The notes: a model not told the origin generated them from the letters alone. Positions 33,609 to 46,799 are shown, counted from the whole stretch's first letter. The stretch is DNA of 62,787 nucleotides, filler included, from Asterionella formosa (GCA_002256025.1; 18 parts of 18 records of this genome joined end to end with filler, not necessarily neighbours in it), one strand, 5' to 3'. Made by a program: numbers and translations.

Positions 33609-35008
33609 TTGTGCTTCCATTGTGATTCATCTATCATTGATGATGCGATCACTCACAGTCGCATTGTTCCCTTTCCGGTCATTGTCAGCTTTAAAGAACC
33701 TTCTAAAAGCAATGTTTCTACAGTTGTGAACTCATCCAATGTTGTAGAAACACCCCATCCTGACATTGATAGACCCAGCTCTGTTGATTGTCGTAAATCT
33801 GATGATTGCAACAGTACTACTAGCACATATGATTCCGATTCAAGGTACTTGTTACCTGCTTCCATCATTGCTCCTCATGCTGATTCCCGGATTCCAATGT
33901 CTCACTCAACTGCCGAAGACTATGCCAATGCAATTCGATCCAGCAGTAATGTTTTCGGATCAACAAAACAAACAAATTTACAATCAAATACACCAAATCA
34001 CTTACCATCATTGAATCAAGGTTTTTTGAATCCCTTGTCGAGAATGAAACCTTGAGCTTGCTTGCTTCTTTCGACAATGATCCTGTCAATGGCAACCAAC
34101 CAATCCGTCGATTCTATCTAATCTGTCATGGGCAAAGACGCAACGCCACCAAAGACATCATCAACACTGCTGTACTTTGGTTTGCAACAAAATTCAACAA
34201 GAACAAATCGCCCCTCATTCTCAAAAGTGCTTCTGACGAAGCCATTGCAATGGCAATGTACCAACCAAACACCGCCCAAACCAAGCTGAAAGACCTCTTC
34301 CGATGCTTCTCCCGCCAAGGCATACCATACTCCCAATCAAAGGATTTCAATGGTGAGGGAACACATCACTACCGGGGGATGACCTCTGTTCGCCCGAGAT
34401 GGAAGCTGGCAACCAACCCTTCTTTCGGCAATGCACTCCTGAGAAGGAACTCAAGGTATGTTATCCCCTGTATGTACACACCTGTGATTCATTATACCTG
34501 GTACCTAATTTGTACTGGTGATTTGTTGTGCATACTATGGACTCACTCATGTGCGTCTTTTTCTACATGGCTCCTCGTATATCTATCACTAAGAACCGAC
34601 GCAAGCTAGGGCTAACATACAAGGTAGCTAGGACACAAGAAGGGAGACTGTTTTGGTAAAGGCCATGCTACAAGACTATTTGAAAACATAGCAACAGCTG
34701 CAGGCATGGATAATGCTGCTCGTTGCACTGCCCATGGGAGGAGGAAGAGTATGATCTCTTCCCTTGTCAACTCTAGTGTTTCCTTACCTACAAAAATAAT
34801 TCTTGTTGACCAATACAGGCATGGATCAGCTGAAATCAATGCCAGATACCAGCTGCCATCAAAGGAAATGCAGCATCAAGCAAGGCTAGCAGTTTTTGAA
34901 AAATTTGAAGACAATGAGGACCAGCATAAAATTCCCAAGAAATATTCTTCCAACCTTACAGTTGTTCCTCCTGATGTCAAGAAATCGGCTGCAATCCATT
35001 CCCTTTGA
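33609..35008 (+). mobile_element. Degenerate tyrosine-recombinase (Crypton-like) element fragment
   Basis: C-terminal YR motifs RLFENIATAAGMDNAARCTAHGRRK (H-x-x-R) and YRHGSAEINARYQ (H...Y nucleophile). Upstream YQPNTAQTKLKDLFR resembles the YR core-binding helix. Broken by stops and frameshifts. Confidence 0.6.
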
Positions 35009-35536
35009 CGATCCTATTGTTGATTGTAAAGTTGTTTTGCTGCCCTCTACCAACCCAACTCCTCATGCTCATCCTCCAGGAGCTCCCATCCACTACTACT
35101 CCCACCATCTGCTTCAAACTCCTCAAGACATATACAGTTCTGGTCCGCCGCCTCCAGTACAACATGAAATCTACCATCCCGCCTGATGACATGACGGAAA
35201 AACAGAGTGTAAGTTTTTTGTGACATTGAAATTAAACCTTTTTTTGTTGGACGATCTTCTCACCCAATCTATATTCCTTTCCTTCTCTCTTTTTTGCTCT
35301 CTCCCTATTTGAATAGTCATCTCGTTGCTTACCTTTGTTGTTGATGAATCATACTTTGGTTGTAAAAAACATGATGCGCAATTTTTGACATCCGCATGTT
35401 ACAATCATTTTTATGTGAATTTTTCGATGGCCCGAANNNNNNNNNNNNNNNNNNNNNNNNNNNNNNNNNNNNNNNNNNNNTTAATTAATTAANNNNNNNN
35501 NNNNNNNNNNNNNNNNNNNNNNNNNNNNNNNNNNNN

Positions 35537-37392
35537 CCTCTGCTGACTCTTCAGACAACATGTCAAAAACCCATGTTGAGCCTCCCAAACCACCACCTCC
35601 TGCTCCACCATCAGGAGCCTTTCACTCCATCTGGCTCTTCTTCCGACTCCCACTATCCCACATTACTCTTCCTTTGAGATAGTGGACACAGTCTGATCTC
35701 TCTTCACAGCGCTATTTTTTCATGACCATTATGCCACTCTCTACTCCATCTTGGGTAAACCCAACAAAGTTCTTGCCTCTGATTCTTCATTCCCCACCTC
35801 TGTCACTTCATCCCTACAACATTTCAAATGGCTCAGCAATTTTACCTCTCTTCTCTGTGGTGGATAACTCTTGATGAACGATCTGTCAAAGGAAGAATCC
35901 ATCTCAACACATGCCAACCCATTCTAGTAACTCTAATTCCTTCCCTTTCATTGGCGCACCCTCAATTGCTCATAAGGATTGATCAATTCCATGGTGACCT
36001 TCCGGTTGAGTGTGGTTGGCTCTTACTTTCTTCTCGTAAAATGAACTGCATCTCCCTCCAGAGACAACTTTCTACCCTTGCCCCACCACTCACAATTAAG
36101 TATTCTTATCCCCTTTCTCTGTCTGTGGCGCCAAGTAGACGGCCCCAGCAGCTACCCCACCGAAAAACCCATGCGACTGTTATCTGCACATCTCCTCCCT
36201 ACCAATCTTGTGCCCACCGCATGCTTCAAGACATTCTCTCCCCAGAGGAGCAAACTAAACTCCCCTCTCGGTATCCCTTCCAACATACCATGATCTTTCT
36301 TTCTCCAAATATTTTGGGACTCTCTGACCAAACCTACTACGCCTCCAACAAGCTTCAAGAACAACACATCTTTCAAAACAATGAAGAGGTAATTAAAGTC
36401 ACCGGTCTAATGCCACTTACCCATCTTTTTCCCAACTCCCACGAAACTCTTGGAAGCGCTGCCCTACTCAGTTTTTCAGAACCATCTCCAGGGACACAAT
36501 ATTTGATTTGCAGCATTGAAACTGATGCCTCTGATCCCTCAGCTCTTTACTTCTGCACTCATTTTGCCAATGTGAATTACCTTGATTCCTTCATCGAAAC
36601 TCTGTACCCCACCTTAAAGACATGATTCCCTACGATTTCATCAGATGATGTCTGGCATGCCCCAGATCATCATCAATCACGTAAACTCTAGATGATCTTC
36701 TCTTCCACTCCACAACTACTCTTTCCACTCTGCTACAGTACACCCCATATGGAGACTCCGACTCTCCAGCACTCCCTCCCCCCACCATTCCCTCCCGCAC
36801 CCACTCCAAGTCCAATCGCAACTCTGGTGCCTGCCGCAGCAACCAACGCACCCTCCCTGAACCCAAACGCCGCAATGTCTCCTCCACTCCTCTTCGTTGC
36901 TCCGATTCCACTACCACCACTACCTCCTGGCAATCCAGTTACCCTTCACTATCGAAAACTACTCTCTCAACCACCCCCACTGACTCCTCACTCCAACCCC
37001 ACATCACAACGCTCACCTCCAATATTTCCATCCTTCAGGCCCAGGTTGACCAACTCTCATTGCGGCTTGACACTCAAATTTCCATTCATTTCCCATCCAC
37101 CACAACCATCATGGATGCCTCATCGATCATTGAACTAATTGACTTCAGATTCAATCACTTTACCTCTACCCTTTCTCTTCCATCCAAACGTGAGGCAGTC
37201 TCTCTTTCCATCACCCAATCCATTCAAACGGAAGTGCTTCCACACCTTCAAAACATTATCGCAAGCCAAGCTGCTGCTACCATATCATCCAGTGAGTTTG
37301 GATTGGCGATTTCCACCAATATAAGAGATCAACTATCTCTCTGCATCGATTTTATTTTTGGAACTACACTCTTTCTATCCGCAGTTTGCAAA
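35537..37392 (+). mobile_element. Possible non-LTR retrotransposon ORF1-like relic
   Basis: Strongly C/T-skewed strand with interrupted ORFs (ECGWLLLSS, QHIFQ..IKVTGL, LICSIE) and a Pro-rich tail. The resemblance is recalled only; no RT is visible. Confidence 0.3.
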
Positions 37393-37492
37393 NNNNNNNN
37401 NNNNNNNNNNNNNNNNNNNNNNNNNNNNNNNNNNNNTTAATTAATTAANNNNNNNNNNNNNNNNNNNNNNNNNNNNNNNNNNNNNNNNNNNN

Positions 37493-39347
37493 AAATTGGT
37501 AACCGTATCAATACAAGTTAGAGCACGAAATTCAATTAATTGATTTGCCACTGTTATCTTCCATGGACCAATAAAATCGACTGCAACTTCTGACCATGGC
37601 AATAATAATGCATTCCTGGGTGGAAGTTCACCTAAGCCACATTGACATGCTTCACATACTCTTACAATATGTTCCACTCTTGCTTTTAATGTAGGGTGAT
37701 AAAAATGTGTAGCAATTGTAGCATTTAATCTTGTCATACCCACATGAGCTAGCATCTGATGATACCAATTAATAATAGGATCCAATAATGATGTAGGAAT
37801 AGCAATACGCCAAGTATCTCCTGGATTCTTCACAAAACATATTAAAAATATGTCATGAAAATTGATAGAAGGAAATTTTAAAGGATGTGTTTGTTGATTG
37901 AGAATCAATTGTATATCCAGCAATTGTCTATCATGTATTAAATTATAGTCCAGAGGAAATTGAATATTGTCTGTCAAGATTGGATGATTAAGGAAACTGG
38001 CAGGTAGGCAAAAGTTCATCATCTAATTCAATTGAAAAGGTAGAAATGGATGTTGATGCTGGAGATTTCGGTCCAATATCATCCCCCACCAAAGACTCAA
38101 GCCTCGGGAGGCGAGAGATGGAATCTGCAATAGCATTGTCAGTCCCTTTCACATGATGAAAAGTAGGATGATATTCTTCAATATAAAGTCTCCATCTTAG
38201 AACACGTTGAGTATGTAAAGTATTGTAAATAAGATTTCGATGATCAATATGAACATGTAGAACTGCACCCAATAACATAGAGCGAAATTCTTTGAAAGTT
38301 TCTACCACAGAAAGTAATTCTTTCTCAATAGTAGTATAATTCTTTTGAGCAGCAGATAATTTGCGAGAATAATAAGCAACTGGTAGATCATTTTGCATAA
38401 TGACCGATCCTAATTGATAATCAGAGGCATCAGTAACTATATTAAAAGGAAGATTATGATCAGGATAACGCATGAGTGTATCTGCAATCAACAATGCTTT
38501 CATTTCTTCAAAAGCTTGTTCATGTATAGGCAACCAGACAAATGGACTAGTTCCGATTAAATCTGTAAGCGGTCCAAGCCCATGAGATTGTCTAGGAAAC
38601 ATGTCTCGATAGTACGTAACAGCACCAAGAAATGATCTGACTTGTTTAAGATTGGTAGGTGAAGACATATTAATCAATGCTTGGACCTTTTTAGACCAAG
38701 GTTTCAGTCCATTAGGAGTTAACCAATAGCCTAACCAATCTTTCTCTTGGACTGCCCATTCACACTTAGATGGATTAATTGTAAGACCATTTGCCTGTAA
38801 ACGATGTAAAATAGTATCCAATAAATGAATGTGATCCGAAAAATTCATTGAAAAACAACCCACATCATCAATATAAATTTCCACATCATCTAAATCACTA
38901 AGGATCTTTTCCATAGTTTCTTGTGCTATATCAGATGATTGTTTCACCCCCATGGGAGACGTAAATATTTATATAAACCAAATGGAGTTGAAATAACACA
39001 CAAGTTTTGACTCTCCACCTCCAATGCAAAAGTATAGTATTGCATGGTAACATCCAATTTGGTGAAAAATACATATCCAGCACGTTTAGTGAGAATAGTT
39101 TGTATTCGAGGCAAAGGATATATATTGCGATTGATGACTTTATTAAGTTCACGAAAATCTGATACCCATCGGACACTTCCATCCTTTTTTGGAATAATAA
39201 AAGTGGGAGATGCCCATTTAAAAGCACCACATTTTTGTAGGACTCCAATATCACACAACCGTTGTTATTCGGTTTTGAAAACTTCTAAATTAATATGAGC
39301 GACAGGATATGCTCGTTGATGACAAGGGATAGCATTTGATAATAATT
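37493..39347 (-). mobile_element. Ty3/Gypsy LTR retrotransposon pol fragment (RT-RNaseH-integrase), frameshifted
   Basis: WASPTFIIPKKDGSVRWVSDFRELN, YLRLP, YIDD, RNase H TDASDYQLG..YYSRKL..EKELLS, integrase Zn finger YHQMLAHVG..CEACQ and VAVDFIGP, in RT-RH-INT order. Confidence 0.95.
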
Positions 39348-39447
39348 NNNNNNNNNNNNNNNNNNNNNNNNNNNNNNNNNNNNNNNNNNNNTTAATTAAT
39401 TAANNNNNNNNNNNNNNNNNNNNNNNNNNNNNNNNNNNNNNNNNNNN

Positions 39448-40330
39448 CATACAATGTCTTGACACATCCACTGAGTTTTCGATGGCCATGGGGTACATTA
39501 ACAATCATAATCAAGTGGCTTTTAGAAACAACAAGAAATCATGACGATTTTGTTAACCTTGTTGGGTCGTGTTGAATCTTAACAATTTTTTCCAAACAAC
39601 AAATGGAACTGACATGAGCAGCATCAGCATCAAGATATTATCTGTATCAAATGATACATTTCCTTTGCGGTTGGTGAAGTTCTCTCAAATGCAAATTGAT
39701 TGCTGCATCTTTCAGGAGCAATAAAATAAATATGCTCTCTTCAGAACAGACTGCCTGATGGCCTGAACAATAAGCTCCTGCATTGATTTCACATCCAATC
39801 ACCTAGCATTGGGGGACTTGTTATTGTGGCAAGACAACCATGATCAATGGTACCGACACACCCTCTGATCAAGCTTTCAGTACTCTTGTCTTGAAAGGCT
39901 GTTGCCGATTTTATCAAATTATCTGGTGGTTTTTCTGGTAAAACAATATGTTAAGATCAGTTAACTACAGGAAGCTTCAACAAATAAATCTCAAAATCTA
40001 TGTATTTAGGCAATGCTGCAACCATAGTAGGCATGTCAAATGTTGATGTAGCTGCAACCAACTTACTATTTCTAGATAAATTGCCTCGTCTGATGAAGAA
40101 CCACATTTGGAATAATTCCCTGTGACCTTGTTATATAACACGGAAACCAAATTGTTGAAAGCTCAAAAGAGAATCATATATCATGCCTTCTTGACTTCAT
40201 TTTCATGTTTGAGCTTTTTGATATTAGAGTGCCATCAGATTAATTTCTGTTACCATTAGGCCTTCCATTTTATCATGACTGCTTTTCTGTTTGTCATCAT
40301 CATTGATATTTGCATCCTCATCTTCACATG
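39448..40330 (-). mobile_element. Second, highly decayed Harbinger transposase relic
   Basis: The minus strand reads GNYSKCG.., LIKSATAFQDKSTESLIRGCVGTID and IAPERCSNQFAFERTS, collinear with the 32224-33480 copy (GNYFKCG, FECKSSEGMMRGCVGAIDG, IAPGKCSDQVAFERSS). Confidence 0.75.
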
Positions 40331-40567
40331 GATATTGATGCTCCTCTTTATTGTTGAGCAGCAACCTTATGTTTGGTTGATGTATAATATATATGTGTAC
40401 TTTATGGTCCAGACCAAACTATCAACATATACTATAGATTCTATCAAGTACATACATATGTGTAGATTTATATTTTATAGCTTCGAATCAATGATTCCTG
40501 TTTCGGTAGTTTATGACAAGATCCTTCATGGATTCCAGAGATATTTGGGACATTACACATTTTATTA

Positions 40568-41239
40568 TTAATACGAAAACCCTCTAGTATCATCATGGTG
40601 ACTATCCTTCATTGTGACTTTGAGATAATCTCCAATACAAGTATGAATCTTGTGAAAATTCGCCAACACCACCTGTCTCAACAACCCAGCATTGCGACAA
40701 AGGATATCATCACACAACTTTACATATGCTGGGTCCACTGTTTTTTGTGTAAAATAATTTTGTTTCACTTCTTCATTGCCTTCCTTCGTAACAACGACCT
40801 TGTCAATAACAAGATCCACCACTGGTGCTAGTACATTACTCAATCTCGGTGAGACAGCAGCATTGATCTGATCTTGTGCATTTCCCAGTTCGGCACTCAG
40901 TACATTCAGGTTCTGATCGGCAGCTCCTGATCGGTCGGAACCCCACTTGTAGGTTGCGGCCGAAATGCAAGACAGCAGCAAGTTGAATTCAATAATCACA
41001 GCTTGCATTGCAAATGCCCATGCAACAATGGCATCATGGTCTTGAGGGTCGAGGGGTGGAACAGTCGTGGGGAGGGCATGGCATAGTTGATGAATGCGGC
41101 CTTGCATGTCTCTTAGCGAGAGAGGTGAATAATCAGCAACGTCTGAGAAAATGTCAATGTCGCCGTCGGAATTTGTGGATGAGCCAATGGCGTTTCCGTT
41201 TTCGCCCTTTCGTTTCTTTTTGTTTGGCAGTAACGACAT
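40568..41239 (-). CDS. Hypothetical protein (223 aa) with an N-terminal NLS-like KKKRK
   Basis: Intact ATG-to-stop ORF with globular composition (ATYKWGSDRSGAADQNL). Family not recognised. Confidence 0.7.
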   Translation of the reverse strand: MSLLPNKKKRKGENGNAIGSSTNSDGDIDIFSDVADYSPLSLRDMQGRIHQLCHALPTTVPPLDPQDHDAIVAWAFAMQAVIIEFNLLLSCISAATYKWGSDRSGAADQNLNVLSAELGNAQDQINAAVSPRLSNVLAPVVDLVIDKVVVTKEGNEEVKQNYFTQKTVDPAYVKLCDDILCRNAGLLRQVVLANFHKIHTCIGDYLKVTMKDSHHDDTRGFSY

Positions 41240-41451
41240 GATGATTGGCGTGCTGCTTTAAATAAGCATGAAGGATGTAAACAATTGCTGTAGTAGTATG
41301 GTNNNNNNNNNNNNNNNNNNNNNNNNNNNNNNNNNNNNNNNNNNNNTTAATTAATTAANNNNNNNNNNNNNNNNNNNNNNNNNNNNNNNNNNNNNNNNNN
41401 NNTTTACATTATCATATACAAAATCAGAACCGAGTTTGAGTAATAGCATAT

Positions 41452-42540
41452 CTTGTTTTCAATTATACGATTATACAATCCTTAAATTATGATGATTTAC
41501 TGTTCTGCTGCAGTAGCAGCAGTCATGAACATATGGTGTTCTGTTGCTCGCTTACTACTCCGACTACTCTCTTTCAATTTTACGATCGTACAATCCTAAG
41601 ACTATGATGATTTACTGTCCTGCTGTAGTAGCAACAGTCATGAACATATGGTGGTGCTCTGTTGCTCGCTTACTACCTGGTACTCTGAATACCTGGTACC
41701 CCCAGTATATCACTTCCTACTTGCTACTGGTATTCTGTATATATATAATAAAATGTTATTGTGGTATGATGTACCGGTACACATGAAGAACTCCCGCCCA
41801 AAAAAGGGGCTTAAACAATTTGCTACCAAAATCCTCGCGTAAAATAATGATACAAATGGGCTATGACTTAGTACACCAATTGAATGGTCTAAATAATTAG
41901 TTCCAACAGATGTAGAAAATATTGATGCAAACAAATTTCAAAAAAACAGTACCAGTACACGAAGTCGCGGAAAACAATCATGGACATATCGTGCATTGAA
42001 TATTTTCGAATTATCTATATGCGAATATGATCCTCTCAACAATACCAGACGTTCCATATTGAGAGTGCCTTTGATTTTTATAAATGTACGACACTTGATA
42101 TATTTAAATATTTACAAATTTTATAACTATATACATGGCAAATAGATTTGAAATCGTTCTGTCATGTTCACAAACAATGCCTGCTTCATGAAAAGAAACA
42201 CCGTAGTAAAGCACATGACAAGAAAGGAAAGTTTATGCAATACATAACGAGAAACATTGTGGCTTCGACACATTGCGCCTTCGAAGGATGGAGTATGTTT
42301 AAGGTAATGAAGCCATCAATGTGGTACTTGGATGACAATCATTGGGAGGCAGGACAACAACAAATTGTAAACTAAACGCACATTTCCTTTTTTCTCAGTT
42401 GGTTCAACAGCTCGTTTCGCCTGTTGGGGAGCACCAATGTAAAACAAAACAAAATTGGTAAGTGCTATTGTCGTTGAACCTATTCACTTCTGATGGAACA
42501 TAGCTAACTGACAGACACCACGCCACGTTCACCTTCTCTC
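41452..42540 (+). repeat. Dispersed non-coding repeat family, copy A, with internal tandem units
   Basis: Highly similar over about 1 kb to 49875-51075 (for example AAAAAAGGGGCTTAAACAATTTGCTACCAAAA and GTAATGAAGCCATCAATGTGGTACTTGGATGACAATC). Confidence 0.9.
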
Positions 42541-43672
42541 AAAGTTAAGCTAACGAAAATGAATCGGTAAGTTTTATTCGGCAACATTGGAAAGCAACCT
42601 GAAACTTACTTCTTCCAGAATTTATTGACAATTTACTATTACAGACTTATGCATCACTTGCTTTGATTTGGCTGTGCCGGTGCTCAATTTGGGCTTTCAA
42701 CAGGAACTCTCAACTTTCTTATGAGCCCATCATGGGCTCATAAGATTCAGAAAAGAGGAAGAAAAGGGCCAGACAGGAACAATATACATTGAGCCGAGTA
42801 GAGAGAGAAATGTTGGGTTGCTGGCATGTAGAATAATAGATAGCATTGCTAAATTTGATAGTTAAATGGTTGGTATGCACATGTTCAGTAGGACTGGGTA
42901 CTTGCTTGGTTGTTGCTGGGGTGGTGTAGCAGTGGAAGCCTTGGTGATGAAATCTGCTTTTCACCAGTTACTCAAGACTGCAATGCATGCCCAGCCAGCA
43001 AGCAATTGCCCACATGCACAACCATCATTTAAACAAAGTACGTAAATTCAAGTCTATTTTTGTCAAAGTGACTACAGCTCCAGCACTTTACACTAGTATT
43101 AAACCTACCCTTGGTGGTTTTTCAGGTTCGAAATTTCTGAGCTTGCTACACGGTATGTACATGATTGACCGAATGTCCCAAGGTCACACCAAGCTCATTC
43201 AGTCCTTTGCACATATGTGCACTTGCAATGAGCTACGTATGGCTGCAGAATGCCAANNNNNNNNNNNNNNNNNNNNNNNNNNNNNNNNNNNNNNNNNNNN
43301 TTAATTAATTAANNNNNNNNNNNNNNNNNNNNNNNNNNNNNNNNNNNNNNNNNNNNGGTACCGCTATCTTACTGGTGTGAAGGAGCAACAAACAAGTACT
43401 AGGACACGGACTCCAAGCAGAATTTTCGCAACGGTCATCCATGCTATCATTGTCGCAGTCGGCTGTACATACCACATGTGCTGAAGGCAATACACGCCCG
43501 AGGTGGTCTCTTGCCTGCGAGTATACATGTGTTCGAGGCTGGGTGGCGCGAGTAGGTTGACCGGACGAGAGGCGCCCCCGGCGCTGCGAGAAGGTCACCC
43601 TACGAGTGCCATCCCAGTCGAGTACACCTGTATACGAGAAGGCAAGTAGCCACCGAGAAGGGTATTGTTGAG

Positions 43673-45210
43673 GCAATTCCCGCTCTAGCTATCGTCGAGT
43701 CATTCGCTTACCTACTGCCCACAAATTTAGCATAAATGTCAATTTTAGCCTACTATTGCCCATAATATAAAATATATTTCGTTTATTTCCTATCTTCACC
43801 TCGAAAATTGCCAAAGGTCCGATATTGCCCATCATTAAAATATATTTTATATATTTCATATGTTCGCATTTTGGCAAGACAACAGACGCCAATTGCCCCT
43901 CGGTTTTCCAGCCCTGGGATTGCCGAAATCGGCAAGGGGTCTACTTAAGGAAACCATTTTATATACTATTCAGTTTTTAATAATTTATATCTAGAATTCA
44001 CCTCGTTTTTGTTCGTCTCCTGAAAAGTGGACTCCGGCAATTCACCTTTCACCATGCCAATCGTCGTCCATCATGACCGGTTTGAAGCGAAATCAGTTCC
44101 GCGATGACGCCAGTAGCGATTCTTTGCCTAACGGATGCGGTTGATTGTTGGATTACTGGTCTTCTCGAGGCATTCATGTAGTTGCATCGTCCATTTTTCG
44201 TCGGACGAACGATGATATCGATACATCTGATGTTGGTGGCAAGTTTTTGCTCCGGTCATGTAAGTAATTATGCTTAACGGATATTCTGCCGGTTACCGGC
44301 AGTCATCTAGTCTACATACGTACGTGGTACTAAAAACAACCATGCATGGTTTAAGCTGTGCTTTAACGCTTACTTTGAACACGTGATAATATTCTCTCTG
44401 TAGACTCGGTATTATTTTCACGAGACCTGAAATGTTGAATTATATCGTTCACTTATTCATAGATTTTACGTACCGTATGCCCGATTTCGTCCTCACAAAT
44501 ATAGTTCTCACTCTATCTTGCCTGCCTTTGCTCTATTCGGGCTTGCAATAGGCAACGTTCGTCTTTCTTTGATCCCATCGTCTGCTGCTTGTTATGCTAG
44601 TTGAAGCGGATCGGTGAGTACAACAGTGAAATACTGAATGTGGATTGTAGATTGTATTTATCGACTTTCCGATTTGATTGCTTCCGTGGTTTGTTTTGAT
44701 CGCTTCCATCGTTGCTTGTCATTACGCACTGTCGTTTTGTTTCGATTGTACATATCTACATAAGAACCAATGCATTTATCAATGACTACTCATTGAAGAT
44801 GTGGTATTGTGCCGTTGTTGATTTGTATAGTCATTGACAATGATGTCAATATTGCCGCCAAGCAATGCTTTTCTTGTACTAACGCGCTTTGCTACATTTC
44901 TACTGCGAGTTCGTATCAGAAGCTACATGAATACTCAGCTAGAGAGAGTCAATAGTGCTGGAGCAGCGCGGCGATCATGCTTGCTCAGAATGGAATGATC
45001 AGGGTTGCCTGTTTGGTGGGCGGAGAGGAATGACTGTGGCGGAAATACTGCTACTGGATGGTGTCAGGCTACTACAGCGATGCGCATGGTTGCAGCAACC
45101 AGACCATTCAGGTATACATTGGGTTGAGCTCTTTTTCTTCTTCTTTCGGTCTTCGATTGTATGGCGATGGAAAGTCAATGTTGCCTGGTGTGTAAGTACT
45201 ACAATGATTC
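43673..45210 (+). mobile_element. Left part of a non-autonomous TIR DNA transposon (terminus GCAATTCCCGCTCTAGCTATCGTC)
   Basis: 43673-43696 is the reverse complement (1 mismatch) of 53762-53785, and 44945-45210 is collinear with 53129-53418. Confidence 0.65.
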
Positions 45211-45350
45211 NNNNNNNNNNNNNNNNNNNNNNNNNNNNNNNNNNNNNNNNNNNNTTAATTAATTAANNNNNNNNNNNNNNNNNNNNNNNNNNNNNNNNNN
45301 NNNNNNNNNNTTTTATATATTTATGACCATCACTCCAAGCAAAGCAAGCA

Positions 45351-46799
45351 ATGGCAAGTCGACGGAGAAGCCATGCAACGTCTGTGGCCGACGACACTTC
45401 GGCATCCCTTACATGGTCGTCCCGGCCCAGTAGAAAACGTAAATCATTGAATTCGCAGCGCTTTGCCATTGTTGCGTGCTTGGCGCTGGGTTTCCTGGCA
45501 ACACCTCTGGCCCTGCTTCGATACGGGCTTTCCCATCAATCGCACCCAGATACACACCAACATCAACCGGCACCGACGTTGCATGAGAATATAGACAGAA
45601 ACCCTGTGGACGAGACAAAGTACCACGTTGTCTTCTCCACAGATTGCTCTGAATATCACAATTGGCAATCCTACGCCTTTTTCTTTCATGCCGAAAAGGT
45701 GGGGCAGCCGGGGACCATTACTAGGATAGCCTCCGGTTGTTCCGCGAAAGAAGAAAAAGAAATGGAAGACTTTCACTATCATCGCATTGAAAGCATGAGT
45801 GGACGCTTCAAGATTCACTTTACCCCGTCGTATGCAAATGTGGATGGGACTAGTACCTTTCCCTACTTTAATAAACCTTTCGGGCTAAGACATTGGATGG
45901 AGCATGTTCTGGGATTTCCGAAACGGCAAGACGATGATGACGCTATCATCATTTTGCTAGATCCCGACATGATACTGACGAGACCTCTCACTCGAACGTT
46001 CAATCAATCAGACAAGTGGAAGGACCAAAGCATCAAGACTTTTACTGTAGATCACGGCAAGCCTGCTGCACAACTATATCTCCTTGATTCCAAGTGGCTG
46101 ACATGGGACTTGGAAAAGATTGTTGGTCCGAATAGTTCTGCATTGACAGTGAGCAATGACGAAGCCTTGGAATATTACCAAGTTGGCCCGCCATATCTTG
46201 CTACTGCAAAAGATATGTATCAGATTGCCAGGAAGTGGACCGCATTCGCCGTTCCCACTAAACACGTCTTTCCAGACATGCTGGCTGAAATGTTTGCATA
46301 CATTATTGCTACTGCTCACTTGAATTTACCCCACACGTTGTCTCAGTCCTTTATGTTTTCAGATACGAAAATTCAGTATACTGAACCATGGGACTGGATT
46401 GAGAGTGAACCACCAGAACGTCTGTGTACTCGACCCTATGAAGGCAAGCTCCCCAACGTCCTCCATTACTGTCAACCATATGAATTCCAAGGCTTTCAAT
46501 TCTACAAGGCCAAACTCAAGACTAGAATTCATAAATGCTCACATCCCCTATTGGAAGAACCCACAACATCCATTATGGATGGTTTTAACTGGAGTACTCC
46601 TCATGATACCTTGAAATTTCGTCATCCCACAAGGAAAGATGGTTGGGCCATCCGGGTGAATCATCGAGAAGCATTCATGACATGTCAGTTGATCTTCAAA
46701 CTGAATGATGCCATGGAACATTACCGAATGCATGCATGTCGGCATGATGGAAATACATCCAAAACATTTCGCTTGGCAGATGTTGATTTGAACTTTTAG
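45351..46799 (+). CDS. Peptidyl-serine alpha-galactosyltransferase (SGT1/SERGT1, GT96)/HPAT-like glycosyltransferase, type II Golgi membrane protein
   Basis: N-terminal TM, YHVVFSTDCSEYHNWQS, GQPGTITRIASGC, YFNKPFGLRHW, DxD motif LLDPDM, GPPY, LAEMFAY and HYCQ. Confidence 0.8.
   Translation: MASRRRSHATSVADDTSASLTWSSRPSRKRKSLNSQRFAIVACLALGFLATPLALLRYGLSHQSHPDTHQHQPAPTLHENIDRNPVDETKYHVVFSTDCSEYHNWQSYAFFFHAEKVGQPGTITRIASGCSAKEEKEMEDFHYHRIESMSGRFKIHFTPSYANVDGTSTFPYFNKPFGLRHWMEHVLGFPKRQDDDDAIIILLDPDMILTRPLTRTFNQSDKWKDQSIKTFTVDHGKPAAQLYLLDSKWLTWDLEKIVGPNSSALTVSNDEALEYYQVGPPYLATAKDMYQIARKWTAFAVPTKHVFPDMLAEMFAYIIATAHLNLPHTLSQSFMFSDTKIQYTEPWDWIESEPPERLCTRPYEGKLPNVLHYCQPYEFQGFQFYKAKLKTRIHKCSHPLLEEPTTSIMDGFNWSTPHDTLKFRHPTRKDGWAIRVNHREAFMTCQLIFKLNDAMEHYRMHACRHDGNTSKTFRLADVDLNF

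Noticed and set aside
43115..43145. GGTTCGAAAT as a tRNA T-loop
   Set aside because: The flanks do not form a T-stem or cloverleaf.
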